This document shows positions 27,913-42,944 of a stretch of DNA of 64,000 nt, one piece after another; position 1 is the first letter of the stretch, and every line of letters begins with the position of its first letter. A program made the translations under genes and the position numbers. The notes beneath the pieces are model-generated. The model worked only from the letters and a program-made list of their open reading frames with translations, made no database searches and had not been told where the DNA came from. This stretch comes from Eledone cirrhosa (taxonomy: Eukaryota), in contig OZ024762.1 in assembly GCA_964016885.1 (NCBI GenBank), positions 9,300,001 through 9,364,000 on the forward strand. Direction: 5' to 3'.

Positions 27913-29680
27913 ACATACATACACACACACACACACATATATATAAATATATATATATATATATTATATATATATATATATACACACGTGTGTATGTATC
28001 CTTAATTACATACACACACATTTTCTTAATAACTTCCCGAGGGGTAGGGATGGATGGTGGGAGAGACAGAGAGAGAGAGTGAGGGGAAGAGGTGATGCTT
28101 TCACTCTCCTCACAACACTTTTTTTTTTTATAAAGATCTATGTTTCTTAATATTTCGGGCTTTTTTTTACCCTTTTCACTGTTTTATTAGCGTGTGTATA
28201 AGTTTGTTTGTGGGCAGGCTTGTATGTCTGTATGTGGATGTATCTGTGTATGTATGTGCATATATGTGTGTGTTTGTGTCTATCTGTGTATCTGTGTGTT
28301 TGCATGTATCTATGTATGTGTGTGTGTGTGTGTGTGTGTGTGGTTTTGTGTATCTATGTATGTGTGTGTATGTGTGAGTGTGTATTTGTGTGTATGCGTT
28401 TATGTGTGTATATGTATGTGTGTTTCTGTGTGGTTTTGAGTATGTATATGTGTGTGTGTGTGTGTATCTATGTATGTGTGTGTATGTGTGTGTGCGTGTG
28501 TGTTTGTGTATATCTATTTATGTGTGTGTATGCGTGTGTATGTGTGTATCTGTGTATGTGTGTGTGTGTTTGTGTGTATCTATTTATGTGTTTGTATGTG
28601 TGTGTTTGCGTGTATCTATATATGTGTGTGTGTTTGTGTGTATCTATGTATGTGTGTGTATATGTGTATCTGTGTATGTGTGTGTATGTGTATGTGTGTG
28701 TATGTGTGTGTTTGTGTATGTGTGTATCTATGTATGTGTGTGTATGTGTGAGTGTATATTTGTGTGATTGTGTTTGTGTATGTATATGTATGTGTGATCC
28801 TGTGTGGTTTTGTGTATCTATGTATGTGTGTTTGTGTGTATCTATGTATGTGTGTGTTTGTGTATGTGTGAGAGAGTGTTTGTGTATGTGTGAGAGTGTA
28901 TTTGTCTGTATGTGTTTATGTGTGTGTATATGTATGTGTGTTTGTGTGTGGTTTTGTGTATCTATGTATGTGTGTGTATGTGTGTGTTTGTGTATGTGTG
29001 AGTGTGTATTTGTGTGTATGCGTTTATGTGTGTATATGTATGTGTGTTTCTGTGTTGTTTTGTGTATGTATATGTGTGTGTGTGTGTTTGTGTATGTGTG
29101 TATCTATATATGTGTGTGTATGTGTGAGCGTGTATTTGTGTGTATGTGTTTATGTGTGTGTATATGTATGTGTGTTTGTGTGTGGTTTTGTGTATCTATG
29201 TATGTGTGTGTGTGTGTATTTGTGTATATGTGTTAATATATGTGTGTTTCTATGTGTGTATGCAATTGTGGTTGTTGGTGGTGTTAGTGTTGTTGGTGGT
29301 GTTAGTGTTGTTTGTGTTGTTAGTGTTGGTGGTGTTGTTAGTGTTGTTGTTGGTGTTGTTGCTGTTGTTAGTGTTGTTGTTGGTGTTGTTGCTGGTGTTG
29401 TTCGGTTGATGTTGTTCTCATTATTGTTGTGGTCACTGCTCTCTTTCTTCTTCTTCTTCTTCTTCTTCTTCTTCTTCTTCTTCTTCTTCTTCTTCTTCTA
29501 TGTAGTATGATTGACAGTAGTGATAGTAGTTTTAGTAGTAGTAGTAGTAGTAGTAACAGTAACAGCAGCAGTAGTAGTAGTAATAGTAGCAGTAGTAGTA
29601 GTAGTAGTAGCAGTAGCAGCAGCAGTAGTAGTAGTAGTAGTAGTAGCAGTAGTAGTAGTAGTAGTAGCAGTAGCAGCAGC

Positions 29681-29723
<43 letters not shown>

Positions 29724-29746
29724 GTAATAGTAGTAGTAGTAATAGC

Positions 29747-29788
<42 letters not shown>

Positions 29789-30819
29789 GGTGATCCCAGT
29801 GACAGAATCTTGAAGCTGTTTTTCTTGGGCGGGAGGTGTATAGGGACAGGATAGTGTGGGAACGGGGGTGGGGGATAGTGTAGGAGTGGGGGTGGGGGTT
29901 AGTGTGGGGAATGGAGTGGGGGGTAGTGTGTGGGTGGAAGGGTGGTGGTAATTGTATTTGTTGGTGATTTTTTGCTGTACTTCTTCCTTTCTGTCTTTCC
30001 TTTCTTTCTTTCTTTTCCTGTTGCTAATCAACTTCCCGAGGGGGGGGGGGGGGTAATGGCTTGTCATTTCATTTTTTGTTATTGATTATTATTATTATGA
30101 GGGTCTGACGCCATGCTTTGCAGCAAAGAGTTACGGCCCTTTATGGTCTGAGTTCAAATCCCGCCGGGGTTAACTTTGTCTTTCATTCTTACGGGGGTCG
30201 ATAAAATAAAGTACCAGTCACGCACTGGGGTCGATTTAATCGATTTTGCCCTCCTCCCCAAATTATTGGCCTTGTGCCTGTATAAGAAATTATTGTACCG
30301 TTCTGTACCGTCTGTAATGTTTTTCTTCATGTTAACCCTTGTGGCCAATAAAGAAATCATTATTATTATTATTACGGGGTCGATAAAATAAAGTACCAGT
30401 AATGCACTGGGATAATTGCTGGCCTTGTGCTAAAAGTAGAAATTATTATTATTATTATTATTTCATTTGAAAAGGAAAACCAGAGTAGAGAGGGAAGTGC
30501 TCTCTTCCCAGCATTTTGTTGAAAGATGGGTGAGAGAAGCAAGAATGGCCCGAGTGATTGGGCCTACTCTGAGTATGTATCTGTAAATTATAGGTGGAAA
30601 ACTGGGAGAGGGCACTTGCCCTGGTGGTCAGGGTCACTGTGGCCTTTTACTGCGCTTTCTCCACAAATGTCCCTCCAAAGTCTCCCCCCATTGTTATTTT
30701 TTTGTTACATCCTCTGTTTTTTGTTTTTTACACGCAGAAATGCCCATTTGTACCGTCCTGTATTGTCCTGCACTGTCCTTAATGTCTACTTTATGTAAAC
30801 CCTTGTGGTTAATAACGAA

Positions 30820-30865
<46 letters not shown>

Positions 30866-30924
30866 TTTGAGTCTCAGTCATTGATGTTAGTTAACTGGAA
30901 AGTTTGTTGAAATGAATATCAAGC

Positions 30925-31135
30925 CATTACCTGCAGCCTCTGATATTCAGGACGTATCGGAGGGTTCTTGCTGTTCCCAGCAAGCATGCCTTTTGAAGCG
31001 TTCCAAAAAGCGTGAAGGGGCCAATTTTCTTTAACCATCCCTGGAAACTTTTTGAGATAGTACCTAGTGCACCTATGACAATCGGGACCACTTTGACTTC
31101 ATGGCAGTTCCAAATCCTTTTTACCTCCCACTTTA
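30925..31135 (-). mobile_element. 3' fragment of REL-endonuclease non-LTR element in (ATT)n
   Basis: WEVKRIWNCHEVKVVPIVIGALGTI...LQKACLLGTARTLRYVL, typical R4/NeSL-group C-terminus. Confidence 0.75.
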
Positions 31136-31158
31136 TTATTATTATTATTATTATTATT

Positions 31159-31209
<51 letters not shown>

Positions 31210-31369
31210 AGGGCCGTGGATTTGACAGTAATCGGTAGAGCGTCGGACAACATGCTTTGTGGCATGTAGTTAGGTCTCTTTTAAGTTCTGAGTTCAAATC
31301 CCGCCATGGTTTGCTTTACCTTTTATCCTTACGAGGATCGATAACGAGGATCGATAACATGCGCATATT

Positions 31370-32200
31370 TTTGAAATGTTTTGGAATGTTTTGGAATGTT
31401 TGACATATTTTTACTGTTCCATTAATGGATTGTACTTGTAATTTCCTAACTAGTTGTCTTCTTGAAGCCCAGCTTCTCAAGATTTGTACTGAGGCAGTTA
31501 CTAACATATCCCAATGCCCCAATAATCACAGGTATAAATCTGAAGGTATAGTCAAGGTGGAGTGTATGTGTATATATATATATATATATCTATGTATGTA
31601 TGTTCTTCTGGTTTTATAATTTTATAATGTATACCAATAGAGAGAGTCGGTTTCTAACATAAATGCAAGACTCTCTCATTGGAATTTACACAACATCAAC
31701 TAGGTAGATATGTAAGCATGTCTGCATGTGTGTGCAGGTTTGGATTTGTACTGAGGCAGTTACTAACATATCCCAGAGCCCCAATAATCACAGGCATCAA
31801 TCTGAAGGTGTAATCAGAGTGGAGTATCTGCAGATTTCTCATTAGTTCTGCAATCTTTAATATTATATTGGCATCTGCTGGGCAGCTAACTTCCACTGCT
31901 GTGCATGCCTTCTTCTCCCTGTCCCATATCATAATATCTGGTCTGTTATGCCTGCATTTTATTGGGTTTTTTTACTGGAACATTCCACCAGTACTCTTTC
32001 ATATTATGTACATGTATGTCTTCCACATTGCTGTAACTTTTAATGTTTATTATCGGGGCTATCTTTTCTACGGATTGCATTGTACAGTATTTTGGCCACT
32101 ACATCATGCCTCATAGGTAGATAGTACCGTGATGACACCTTTGGACAGCTGCTTGTGACATGGATGACATCTTTGATGATAATTCTGCAGAGTCTGTGCA
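31370..32200 (-). pseudogene. Decayed fragments of R4/Dong-like element (same family as 36347)
   Basis: KCRHNRPDIMIWDREKKACTAVEVSCPAD...PVIIGALGY; INGTVKICQTF. Confidence 0.75.
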
Positions 32201-32214
32201 TTTATGCAGTGTGT

Positions 32215-32740
32215 ATGTCAGGTCGCTCTAGGGTGCTACTGGTAACAACCTGTCTCATGGTCGGGTCGTCGGCGACTAAACCGGCAACCCCACCAAGTTT
32301 ACTTGGTGAGAAGAGTGATTTTGGACACCCTGCAGGACAAAAAACAAAACCTGACAAAGGGCGGAAGAACTCATAAGAGTCAACGGCCATCCAAAAGTGT
32401 GTAAATATGTATATACACATGTACTGCGCGGTTAAACCACTGGGAGTGAAGGACCCCTAACTTTTGTAAGGGCATTCTTCTAGGAGAAGGCAACTCAGGA
32501 AACTGGAATAACTCCGATATAAAACCTGCGGCTCAGTGGTTACCGATGTTGTTGATCTTTTCTTCTTTTCGGGTTATAGTTACTGTCGCTCAGGGAGTGG
32601 GATTGGCTCAGTGCACAGTCTTTCCTCACTTTAAAAAATATCTTCACACACAGGCATTGCACGATAGAATTAATTAATAATTATTAATAATGGTATATCG
32701 TGCAATGGCTATATCGATAACGAGGGGGCAGCCATCATGT
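32215..32740 (+). mobile_element. Bipartite RTE-derived non-autonomous element (5'UTR-like part + 3' tail); relatives 35845-36150(-) and 57388-57996(+)
   Basis: Shared ctaggagaaggmaactc..atataamacctgc..gagtggga motif and tail cgag..ggcagcca; the 57388 copy keeps a C2H2 remnant [24 protein letters not shown]. Confidence 0.65.
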
Positions 32741-35091
32741 ATGGACACGTGAAGTCTTAGTGATATAGTGTGTATGTTTTCTGCATTTTAACCATGGTGG
32801 AGCCCAGCCCTTCTTCAGCTGATTTCTTCAAGGGGGAAAAAAGAGGACGAGAGTGACAGAGAGGAATTGAGAAAGGGATCTAGAGGAAAAAACGACCCCA
32901 GTACCTGACTGGACACGAAACAAAGCTGACCTCGGCGAGATTTGAACTCAGAATGTAGAGAACTGAAACGAATACAGCGAGATTTGAACTTAGAATTAAG
33001 AGAACGGGAACAAATACAGCGAGATTTGAACTCTGAATGCAGAAAGCAGCAACACATTCTATCTGATTTTCAAACGACTCTGCCAATCCTCTCTATCCAT
33101 GTTTACTTAGCAGCTCTAAAATGAAGGGAGGGTCATGTCTGGAACGCTTTCAATCATAGGTCTGCTCTATCTCGGCTGACCTAGGGCTGAGTAATTAAAA
33201 TAAACAGCTGTCACCACTGAAACCACCACCAAACTACAAAAACTACCATCACTATCACTGCCACCACCGACACTATGACCATAACTGCCACCAACACCGC
33301 CACCACCACTGCCACCACCACCACCACCACCACCACTATCACCACCATCACCACCGGCACTACTAGCTTTAAATTACAATTAACACCACCACCACCACCA
33401 CCACCGCAATCACCACCAACAAAACCACTACCATCACCACCACTACCACCACCATTTCCACCACCACCATCACCACCACCACTACCATCACTACCACCAT
33501 TTCCACCACCACCATTACTACCACCACCAACACTACCACCATTTCCACCACCACCACCACCACCACCACCACTACCACCATTTCCACCACTACCATCACT
33601 ACCATCACTACCACCATTTCCACCACCACCATTACTACCATCACCACCACCACAGCTAGTGCAATACTACCATCGACACCACCAACACCGTTCCACCACT
33701 AATACTACCACGCAACCATCACCACCAAAAACAACCACCACCACCACAACCACCACTATCACCAACACTTCAACTAGTACAATACTACCACTAACACCAC
33801 CTTTAATACTACAACAAACACCAACACCAACACTTCAAATACCACCACCACCACCACCAGCTCTATAGCTACCATAGAAATACCTCCACCACCACCGCCG
33901 CCACTATCACTAGATTAGTCATTAACTTTGATGAAAATAAACCCCCCCCCACACACACACACACACACCACCACTACACCTTCTCCCAGGCCCCCGCACC
34001 ACCCACCACCACCACACCCCCTCCCAGCACACTAAAAGACCAACATGTCAACAACAACAAACTGGAAATTATGAATGGAAAATTAAAATATCAAATATGG
34101 GTGTGGGAGGGGAAGGGGGTTGTGGTGGTGGTGGTGGTAATTGTGGTGGTAGTTGTGGTATTGGTGGTGGTTGTGGTGGTGGTAGATGTGGTATTGGTGG
34201 TGGTTGTGGTGGTGGTTGTGGTGGTGGTGGTAGTTGTGGTATTGGTGGTGGTTGTGGTGGTGGTAGATGTGGTATTGGTGGTGGTTGTGGTGGTGGTAGT
34301 TGTGGTATTGGTGGTGGTTGTGGTGGTGGTAGATGTGGTTGTGGTGGTGGTTGTGGTGGTGGTGATAGTTGTGGTATTGGTGGTGGTTGTGGTGGTGGTA
34401 GATGTGGTATTGGTGGTGGTTGTGGTGGTGGTAGTTGTGGTATTGGTGGTGGTTGTGGTGGTGGTAGATGTGGTTGTGGTGGTGGTTGTGGTGGTGGTAG
34501 TTGTGGTATTGGTGGTGGTTGTGGTGGTGGTGGTGGAATTGGTTAAGGCGGCGGTAGTAGTTGTTGCGGTGGGGGGGTGATAGTTGTGGTTGTTGCTGTA
34601 TTGGTGGGGATGGTATTCATGTATGGAGGGAGGGGGTGGCTGCTGTTGTGGTGATAGTGGTTGTTTATCTTTTAACTCACAGTGGTGAGGGTAGCGGCGT
34701 GTGAGGTGATAGCTATGCTGTTGGTCGCCATTGTTGTGGTTGCCGGAGCTGTTGTGTATAGGGAGGGGGGGGGCATGAGAGGAAGAGAGGCAGAGTGTGT
34801 GAGAGAGAGAGAGAGAGAGTGTGTGAGTGGTAGGAAGAGAGGGAGAATAACAAAGTTAATTGAAGTGTGTTGAAGTTGGGGTTGGGGGTTGAAGAAAACT
34901 TTGAAATAATAAATATGCATTATGGTGTACTTATATGTATACGTATACACAAAAACACACATATACATATATATGAACATGTATATATATATATATATAT
35001 ATAAAATATTTATACTCTGCTATGTATTGAGTACCTTACTTACTGTCGTTACCCCCCCCCCCCCCCTCCAATTGAACCCGGGATAAACAAA

Positions 35092-35303
35092 GGCGTGTGG
35101 CTGAGTGGTTAGAGAATTGGATTCGCAATCGTAAGGTTGTGAGTTCGATTCCTGGACCAGGCGATGCGTTATGTCCTTGGGCAAGACACTTTATTTCACG
35201 TTGCTCCTTCTACCTGGAGTTGCGACCGATAGATAGTATTAGCAATTGGAAAGACCAACGGAAACATTGTTCCCTCGGTCCGATTTGACGAAAGTCAATC
35301 GTT

Positions 35304-35307
<4 letters not shown>
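35092..35307 (+). mobile_element. tRNA-derived SINE family 2 (CORE/V-like middle); near-identical inverted copy 55632-55840
   Basis: A-box gtggctgagtggtta, B-box gagttcgattcc, core gtccttgggcaagacacttt. Confidence 0.85.
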
Positions 35308-35338
<31 letters not shown>

Positions 35339-35377
35339 ATATTAACAAATGGAAACTATATTTATAAAACCATATTT

Positions 35378-35441
35378 ATTTCATTATACATATTTCAAGG
35401 GCCACCAGAGAAAACTATGGTGCGCTTTCATCAGATAAAAT
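35378..35441 (-). ncRNA. Type-I hammerhead ribozyme (family A variant); partner copy 35485-35543(+) lacks most of stem I
   Basis: AUUUUAU-CUGAUGA-AAG cg CACCA uag..cuc UGGUG gcc CUU-GAAA-UAUGUA-UA-AUGAAAU. Confidence 0.75.
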
Positions 35442-35651
35442 ATAATATAGGTTAGTTTTATAAATAAATATTGACATACCCTATATCTGATGAAAGCGCA
35501 CCATAGTTTGCTCTGGTGGCCCTTGAAATATGTATAATGAAATAAATATGGTTTTATAAATATAGTTTCCATTTGTTAATATATTGTATATTTACTCCAA
35601 TAAATTGTTGAGTGCTTTATATCAGTTATAAATGGTGATAATTATAACCTC

Positions 35652-35701
<50 letters not shown>

Positions 35702-35723
35702 TGAAAAGACACGCACAGGGGTG

Positions 35724-35756
<33 letters not shown>

Positions 35757-36317
35757 GTGTGTGTGTGTATGTATGAATATATATATAATTGTGTGTGTGT
35801 ATGAATATATGTATGTTTATATATATATATACATATATACGAGATGGCTGCCCCCTCGTTATCGAGTATGGCCATTGCATGATATACCATGAATAATTAT
35901 TAATTAATTCTATCGTGCAATGCCTGTGCGCGAAGATATTTTTTAAAGTGAGGAAAGACTGTGCACTGAGCTAATCCCACTCTCTGAGCGACAGTAACTA
36001 TAAACCGAAAAGAAGAAAAGATCAACATTATCGGTAACTACTGAGCTGCAGGTTTTATATCGGAGTTATCCCAGTTTCCTGGGTTGCCTTCTCTTAGAAG
36101 AATGCCCTGAGAAAGGCTAGGGGTCCTTCGCTCCCAGTGGTTTAACCGCGCGATCGGGTGTCCAGCCTGATTATTTCTATGTACTCGCGCATATACATAC
36201 ATATGCATAAACATGTATACATACGTACATACATACATACATAGATACATACATACATACATACATACATACATACATACATACATACATACATTCATAC
36301 ATACATACATACATACA

Positions 36318-36346
<29 letters not shown>

Positions 36347-36348
<2 letters not shown>

Positions 36349-37050
36349 GTACAAATATCTGCTGCACAAAAGAGGAGGGCCAGCAGCTGACAATAAATGT
36401 AGGCTATGTAAAACAAAGATCGAGGATGTAAGCCACATTGTTGCCAGCTGCGAAAGAATGTCATCTCGCTACTACCTCCCCATGAGACACGATGGGATAG
36501 CTAGAACCATCTGGAACGCACTTCGGAAAACAAAATTAACAACAAACGAGGAAGAATATATTGAGACAGATGGCACTAAGGAATACTGGTGGAACCTGAA
36601 AATAAAAACTGCCACCAAATTAAAGCACAACCGGCCTGATATTGTAGTTTGGGACCACACATTGAAAACGTGTTCTGTTGTGGAGATCAGCTGCCCACTT
36701 GATGTAAACGTTGTCAGAAAAATACAGGAGAAGGAGGACATCTACGGACCATTGATGAGGAGTTTACAAATCCAGTATCCAAGATACACCTTTAGCTTCA
36801 TACCCATCATTATTGGTGCTACGGGTTATATACCAACCCGCTTGGACCAAAGTATGACCGAACTTGGATTTGCGGACAAAAAGCGCAGCTCCCTAATTCA
36901 TAGTCTACAAATGGCTGCGATAGCTGGCACCTTCAAAATTTGCAAAACATTCTTGCGATTCAAGGGATGACAATATCTTTTCTTTTACAACCTTGCCACC
37001 AGGAAGGTGGCCGGTCAAAAAAATATACTCGAAATTAAGAGAAAGAGAAA
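36347..37050 (+). mobile_element. 5'-truncated R4/Dong-like non-LTR retrotransposon (intact CCHC + REL endonuclease C-terminus, ORF to 36970)
   Basis: CRLC..EDVSHIVASC, RHD, RPDIVVWD..VVEISCP, K..Y, IPIIIGATG; flanked both sides by (TACA)n. Confidence 0.9.
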
Positions 37051-37384
37051 ACATACATACATACATACATACATACATACATACATTTAAACTTGTGTGT
37101 GTGTGTGTGTGTAGATACAGATATATACCATATATAATATACGTATTATAATAATTGTTTCTACTTTTGGCACAAGGCCAGCAATTATCTCAGTGTATTA
37201 CTGGTACTTTATTTTATCGACCCCGTAAGGATGAAAGGCAAAGTTAAGCTCGGCGGGATTTGAACTCAGACCATAAAGGACCGTAACTCTTTGCTGCAAA
37301 GCATGGCGTCCGACCTTCTACCGATACTGCCAATCTATAATAATATACATACATACAAAATAGATACATATATACAAATATAAA

Positions 37385-37549
<165 letters not shown>

Positions 37550-37638
37550 ATACTAAGAGTGAAAAATGAAATTTACTTTCATTCTTTTCCTTTTATATAT
37601 ATATATATATATATAATGTATAATAAACAATACAATAT

Positions 37639-37716
37639 AATTACCTCATTACCAGAGGTTTCCCGAATAAGACGAATACAAGAAACGTCCTCATTCGTTC
37701 GTCAGACAAGGCAATT
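37639..37716 (-). ncRNA. Type-I hammerhead ribozyme
   Basis: AAUUGCCUUGU-CUGACGA-a CGAAUGAgGACG..CGUCUUAUUCG g-GAAA-CC ucu GG-UA-AUGAGGUAAUU: 11-bp stem I, long stem II, monomeric stem III. Confidence 0.8.
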
Positions 37717-37919
37717 ATATATATATATAGTTACACTTTCTCTCGACTGGCCTCTTCCCCGCACTTCCACTCACTCACTCTCTGCTTCTCCCCTTCTCAC
37801 TTCCTCCCGTTTGGCCTGAAGTGGGGTCCTTTCTTGCTCACACCTCACTCGCGTCGCACGGTCTGTTGACACTCGCTCATGAAATCCACACAGCTTAAGC
37901 TGATCGGACTCCCATGTGC

Positions 37920-38149
37920 TTGTTTTTTCCTATCTTTGCGTTGCTATCCTTCTATGTTTGTTTACTTGTCTCGCTCGCTTTACGCGATTTACTTGTCCCA
38001 ATAGCTTTATTTAGCTATTGCTCGCACCAACTGGAGGTATATGATTTTTAAAGCGATGAAATACCAATGAAGATTGGAAAATCACTGATGAAGGACTATT
38101 TTTATCATATGTAACCCATGTGCAACCACGCAGTATTCATTCTTCTCAT

Positions 38150-38150
<1 letters not shown>
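37920..38150 (+). mobile_element. Dispersed repeat family with CTGATGA near its 3' end (also 55470-55603+, 56860-57170-)
   Basis: Shared gcaccaac..gaggtatatg..aagcaatgaaata..atcactgatgargga; sits in (TA)n. Confidence 0.7.
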
Positions 38151-38225
<75 letters not shown>

Positions 38226-38623
38226 GTGAGGTTTTTTTACAAAATGAAAAATAACCGAGGTGTCCTACACGAGTGAAAGTATAAAGAAAAAAAAAATGAA
38301 ATCGAAAATGCAACTGGAGTCTTATTTTTTTTTAAATTATATAGATTTATTTGGTTCCTTTACCGCCCCACGCACACATATGTGTGCGTGTGTTTTGTAT
38401 ATTTGTCTACAACAACACCTTATGCGTCTGGAGTCTCAACTTCATTTAAGAGATCAGGGGATAGACCGTCTAAAACTCCCAGGGATTTATTACAGTGTAA
38501 TTCCTATTGTTGTTCTGTAATTCCCTGATTCCTTAATTCTAGAATAATTCCTGGAACAGTTGACAGGAATTTAGACATCTTATTAACTATTTATGGACGT
38601 GACACTTCGAAGATATATATATG

Positions 38624-38690
<67 letters not shown>

Positions 38691-38778
38691 ATATATATAT
38701 GTATATATATATATATATAAATATGCACACATATTTACATGCGTACATACTTACACATACATCACACATACATACATG

Positions 38779-38817
<39 letters not shown>

Positions 38818-39231
38818 GTACGTGCACACATCTATACATACATGCCTACATACACACACACATTATATATATATATATATGTATGTATGCATTTACATAT
38901 ACGAACATACAAACGAAGATGTATTTACGGAGTGTGTGTATATATATATATATATACACACACATACATACATATGTGATGGTGTGTGTATATATATATA
39001 TATGTGTGTGTAGAGAGAGAGAATGAGAGGACATACATACATACATACATACATACATACATACATACATACATACATACATACATGGAAGATATATAAT
39101 TAGGTACATTTATTGATGATAGTGTAAAGTGCCAAGAATTCTTTTTGACTTAAAATTTTTCAAAGGGAGGTAAGTCAAAGGGAGGTAAGATATGGCGGGG
39201 GGTAACAAAGAAATAATAAAAAAATAACAAC

Positions 39232-39267
<36 letters not shown>

Positions 39268-40148
39268 TAAAATGATAATGAAACAGAAAACAAATATTCT
39301 TTTGTTTTTTCTCTCTCTTGTTTTTTTCTTTTTATTTCAATACGGATAATATAAGATGTTCAGGAAAACAGATGAAAATGGCGGCGAGGGTGAGGTGGTG
39401 TTATGGTGGTGGGGGGAGGTGATGCTGGTGATGTTGATGAAAGAATGGCACAGGAGGGTGTGGGTGGCCCCTGGTTGGAAGGGGTGGACAGGTGGGTGGG
39501 ATAGCTACTGACAGTGGGTGCAGATGAGATAGAGAATAATATATATATATATATATTTATTTATTTATAGTAACAATTGTAATGATGATGATGATGATGA
39601 TGGTGATGGTGGTAGTAATGGTGATGGTGATGGTGATGGTGGTAGTAAGGGTGATGGTGATGGTGACGGTGGTAGTAATGGTGATGGTGATGGTGGTAGT
39701 AATGGTGATGGTTGATGGTGATGGTGATGGTGGTAGTAATGGTGATGGTGGTAGTAATGGTGGTGATGATGGTGATGGTGATGGTGAGGTGGTAATGGTG
39801 ATGGTGATGGTGGTAGTAATGGTGATGGTGATGGTGGTGGTGATGGTAATGGTGATGGTGATGGTGGTAGTAATGGTGATGGTGATGGTGATGGTGACGG
39901 TGGTAGTAATGGTGATGGTGATGGTGATGGTGACGGTGGTAGTAATGGTGGTGGTGATGATATAGATACTGATGATAATAATGGTGATGATGATGGCGAT
40001 GGTGATAGTTATGGTGATGATGATGATGGTGATAGTAATGGTGGTGATGATGATGGTGGTAATGATGATGGTGGTGGTGATGATGATGATGATGATCATC
40101 ATCATCATATAGATAATAAAAATAACACTAACGATGATGATGATAATT

Positions 40149-40189
<41 letters not shown>

Positions 40190-40211
40190 AGTGACAACGA
40201 CAAGAAAGGCA

Positions 40212-40242
<31 letters not shown>

Positions 40243-40294
40243 TAGTAATAGTAATAATAATAATAATAATAACAACAACAATAACAAAAATAAT

Positions 40295-40349
<55 letters not shown>

Positions 40350-40913
40350 AGGGAGAGAGAGAAAAAAAATCCGTGGAATTAGGGAACTTAGAATTGAATC
40401 GTGGGGCGGTTTCCGAATTAAAGGTGGGTGATGAGTGGATGATGGGCAGGGTATGAGGGTGAGGTTTGGTGTCGGGGAAGGTGCATGTGGGGATGTGACA
40501 ATTGTTTTTGCGGGAAGGGAGATAAAGGCGGAGGGGGGCGGAGATGGCGAGGTGTATTGTAGCTGGTGTGGAATTATTTACTCTTCTAGGAATTGTTTCA
40601 ATAAGACTTTGGTAAACAGGAATTTTGAAAGGCAAATCACTGCCAAGCGTTGACGTGTCAGAATTATAGGCGATTAGGCGATGTTTTGTCTCTCAGAGAA
40701 TTCTTCTAGAATGATCCTGGCAGAGTCTTTAAAAGAGTTTTGTTTAACTGGGCTGGGCTGGGCTAATGAGGCACCAAAGGGGTGGTGGGTTCTGGCTTTT
40801 GTAGGATGGTTCACAGATGTGACAACTCTAGCTTATATCATGTTATCTATATATATATATGTGTGTATTGTATAGGGGGCGTGTGTGTGTATGTATGTAT
40901 ATGTATTGTATAG

Positions 40914-40969
<56 letters not shown>

Positions 40970-40989
40970 CGTATGTATTGTGTAAATAT

Positions 40990-41025
<36 letters not shown>

Positions 41026-41055
41026 GTAATCATTGTATAGTGTAAACGTATGTAT

Positions 41056-41120
<65 letters not shown>

Positions 41121-41171
41121 TGTATAGGGTGTGTGTGTATGTATATGTATGCATATGTATGTATTGTGTAA

Positions 41172-41223
<52 letters not shown>

Positions 41224-41934
41224 ATATATATATGTAATCATTGTATAGTGTAAACGTATGTATCTATATATATATGTATGTAGTGTGTAAATATGTGTAT
41301 ATATATATATATATGTAATCATTGTATAGTGTAAATGTATGTATCTATATATATATATATGTATGTATTGCATAGTGTGTGTGTATATATATATGTATGT
41401 GTTGTATAGTATGTGTAAATATGTATATATATATGTGTGTAATCATTGTATAGTGCGTGTGTAAATATGTATGTATGTATGCATTATATAGTGTGTGTAT
41501 GTATGTGTATATGAACGTATGTATTTATGTATATATGTATGTATTTATGTACGAATGTAGATATGTGTATATATATATATATATATATACATACATATAT
41601 ATATACACACATATATATATATACATATATATACATACATATATATATATATATATATATGCATGTATATATATATATATACATATACACATATGTATAT
41701 ATATATGCATGTATATATATATATATATATACATATACACATATGTATATATATATGTATGTATATATATATACATATATACACATGTATATATATATGT
41801 ATGTATATATATATACATATATATATACACATGTATATATATATGTATGTATATATATATACATATATATATATGTATCTATATATATGAGTGTATATAT
41901 ATATGTATATGCACATGTATATTTATACACACGC

Positions 41935-41984
<50 letters not shown>

Positions 41985-42012
41985 GTATATATATATACAT
42001 ATAGATATATAC

Positions 42013-42079
<67 letters not shown>

Positions 42080-42099
42080 GATATATATTTATACATATG

Positions 42100-42171
<72 letters not shown>

Positions 42172-42254
42172 TACATATATATATACATATATACATATAT
42201 ATATACATATATATACATATATACATATATATATATACATATATATATATGTAC

Positions 42255-42348
<94 letters not shown>

Positions 42349-42496
42349 GCAAATATATACATATGTATATATATATATATATGTAGATATATATATACAT
42401 ATGTATACATATGTAGATATATATATACGTATGTATACATATGTAGATATATATATACATATGTATACATATGTATGTATATATATATATACATAC

Positions 42497-42697
<201 letters not shown>

Positions 42698-42701
42698 CAT
42701 A

Positions 42702-42743
<42 letters not shown>

Positions 42744-42895
42744 CGCTTCATTTTTGTGTTTGTTATTCAAGATTTATCTGAAAACGACCGTTGAAACATA
42801 TTTTTATACTTTGGAAGGGTCATTGTGCCAATAAAAATGTATTATTATAATTTCCCAGTCGATAGTTTTATACCCGGATGGTTGTTTAGTTGTTG

Positions 42896-42944
42896 ATTAT
42901 CAAATATCTTTCGTCACACATTCTGTGACCTCCTCAGTGACAAC
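42896..42944 (-). ncRNA. Type-I hammerhead ribozyme
   Basis: GUUGUCA-CUGAGGA-g GUCACA gaaug UGUGAC-GAAA-GAUA-UU-UGAUAAU. Confidence 0.7.

Noticed and set aside
34097-34546. Gly/Cys-rich ORF resembling a structural protein
   Set aside because: Higher-order (GGT)n minisatellite, also open as poly-Val; no signal peptide or splice support.
35092-35165. tRNA gene
   Set aside because: No acceptor stem; continues into a SINE body with a second dispersed copy.
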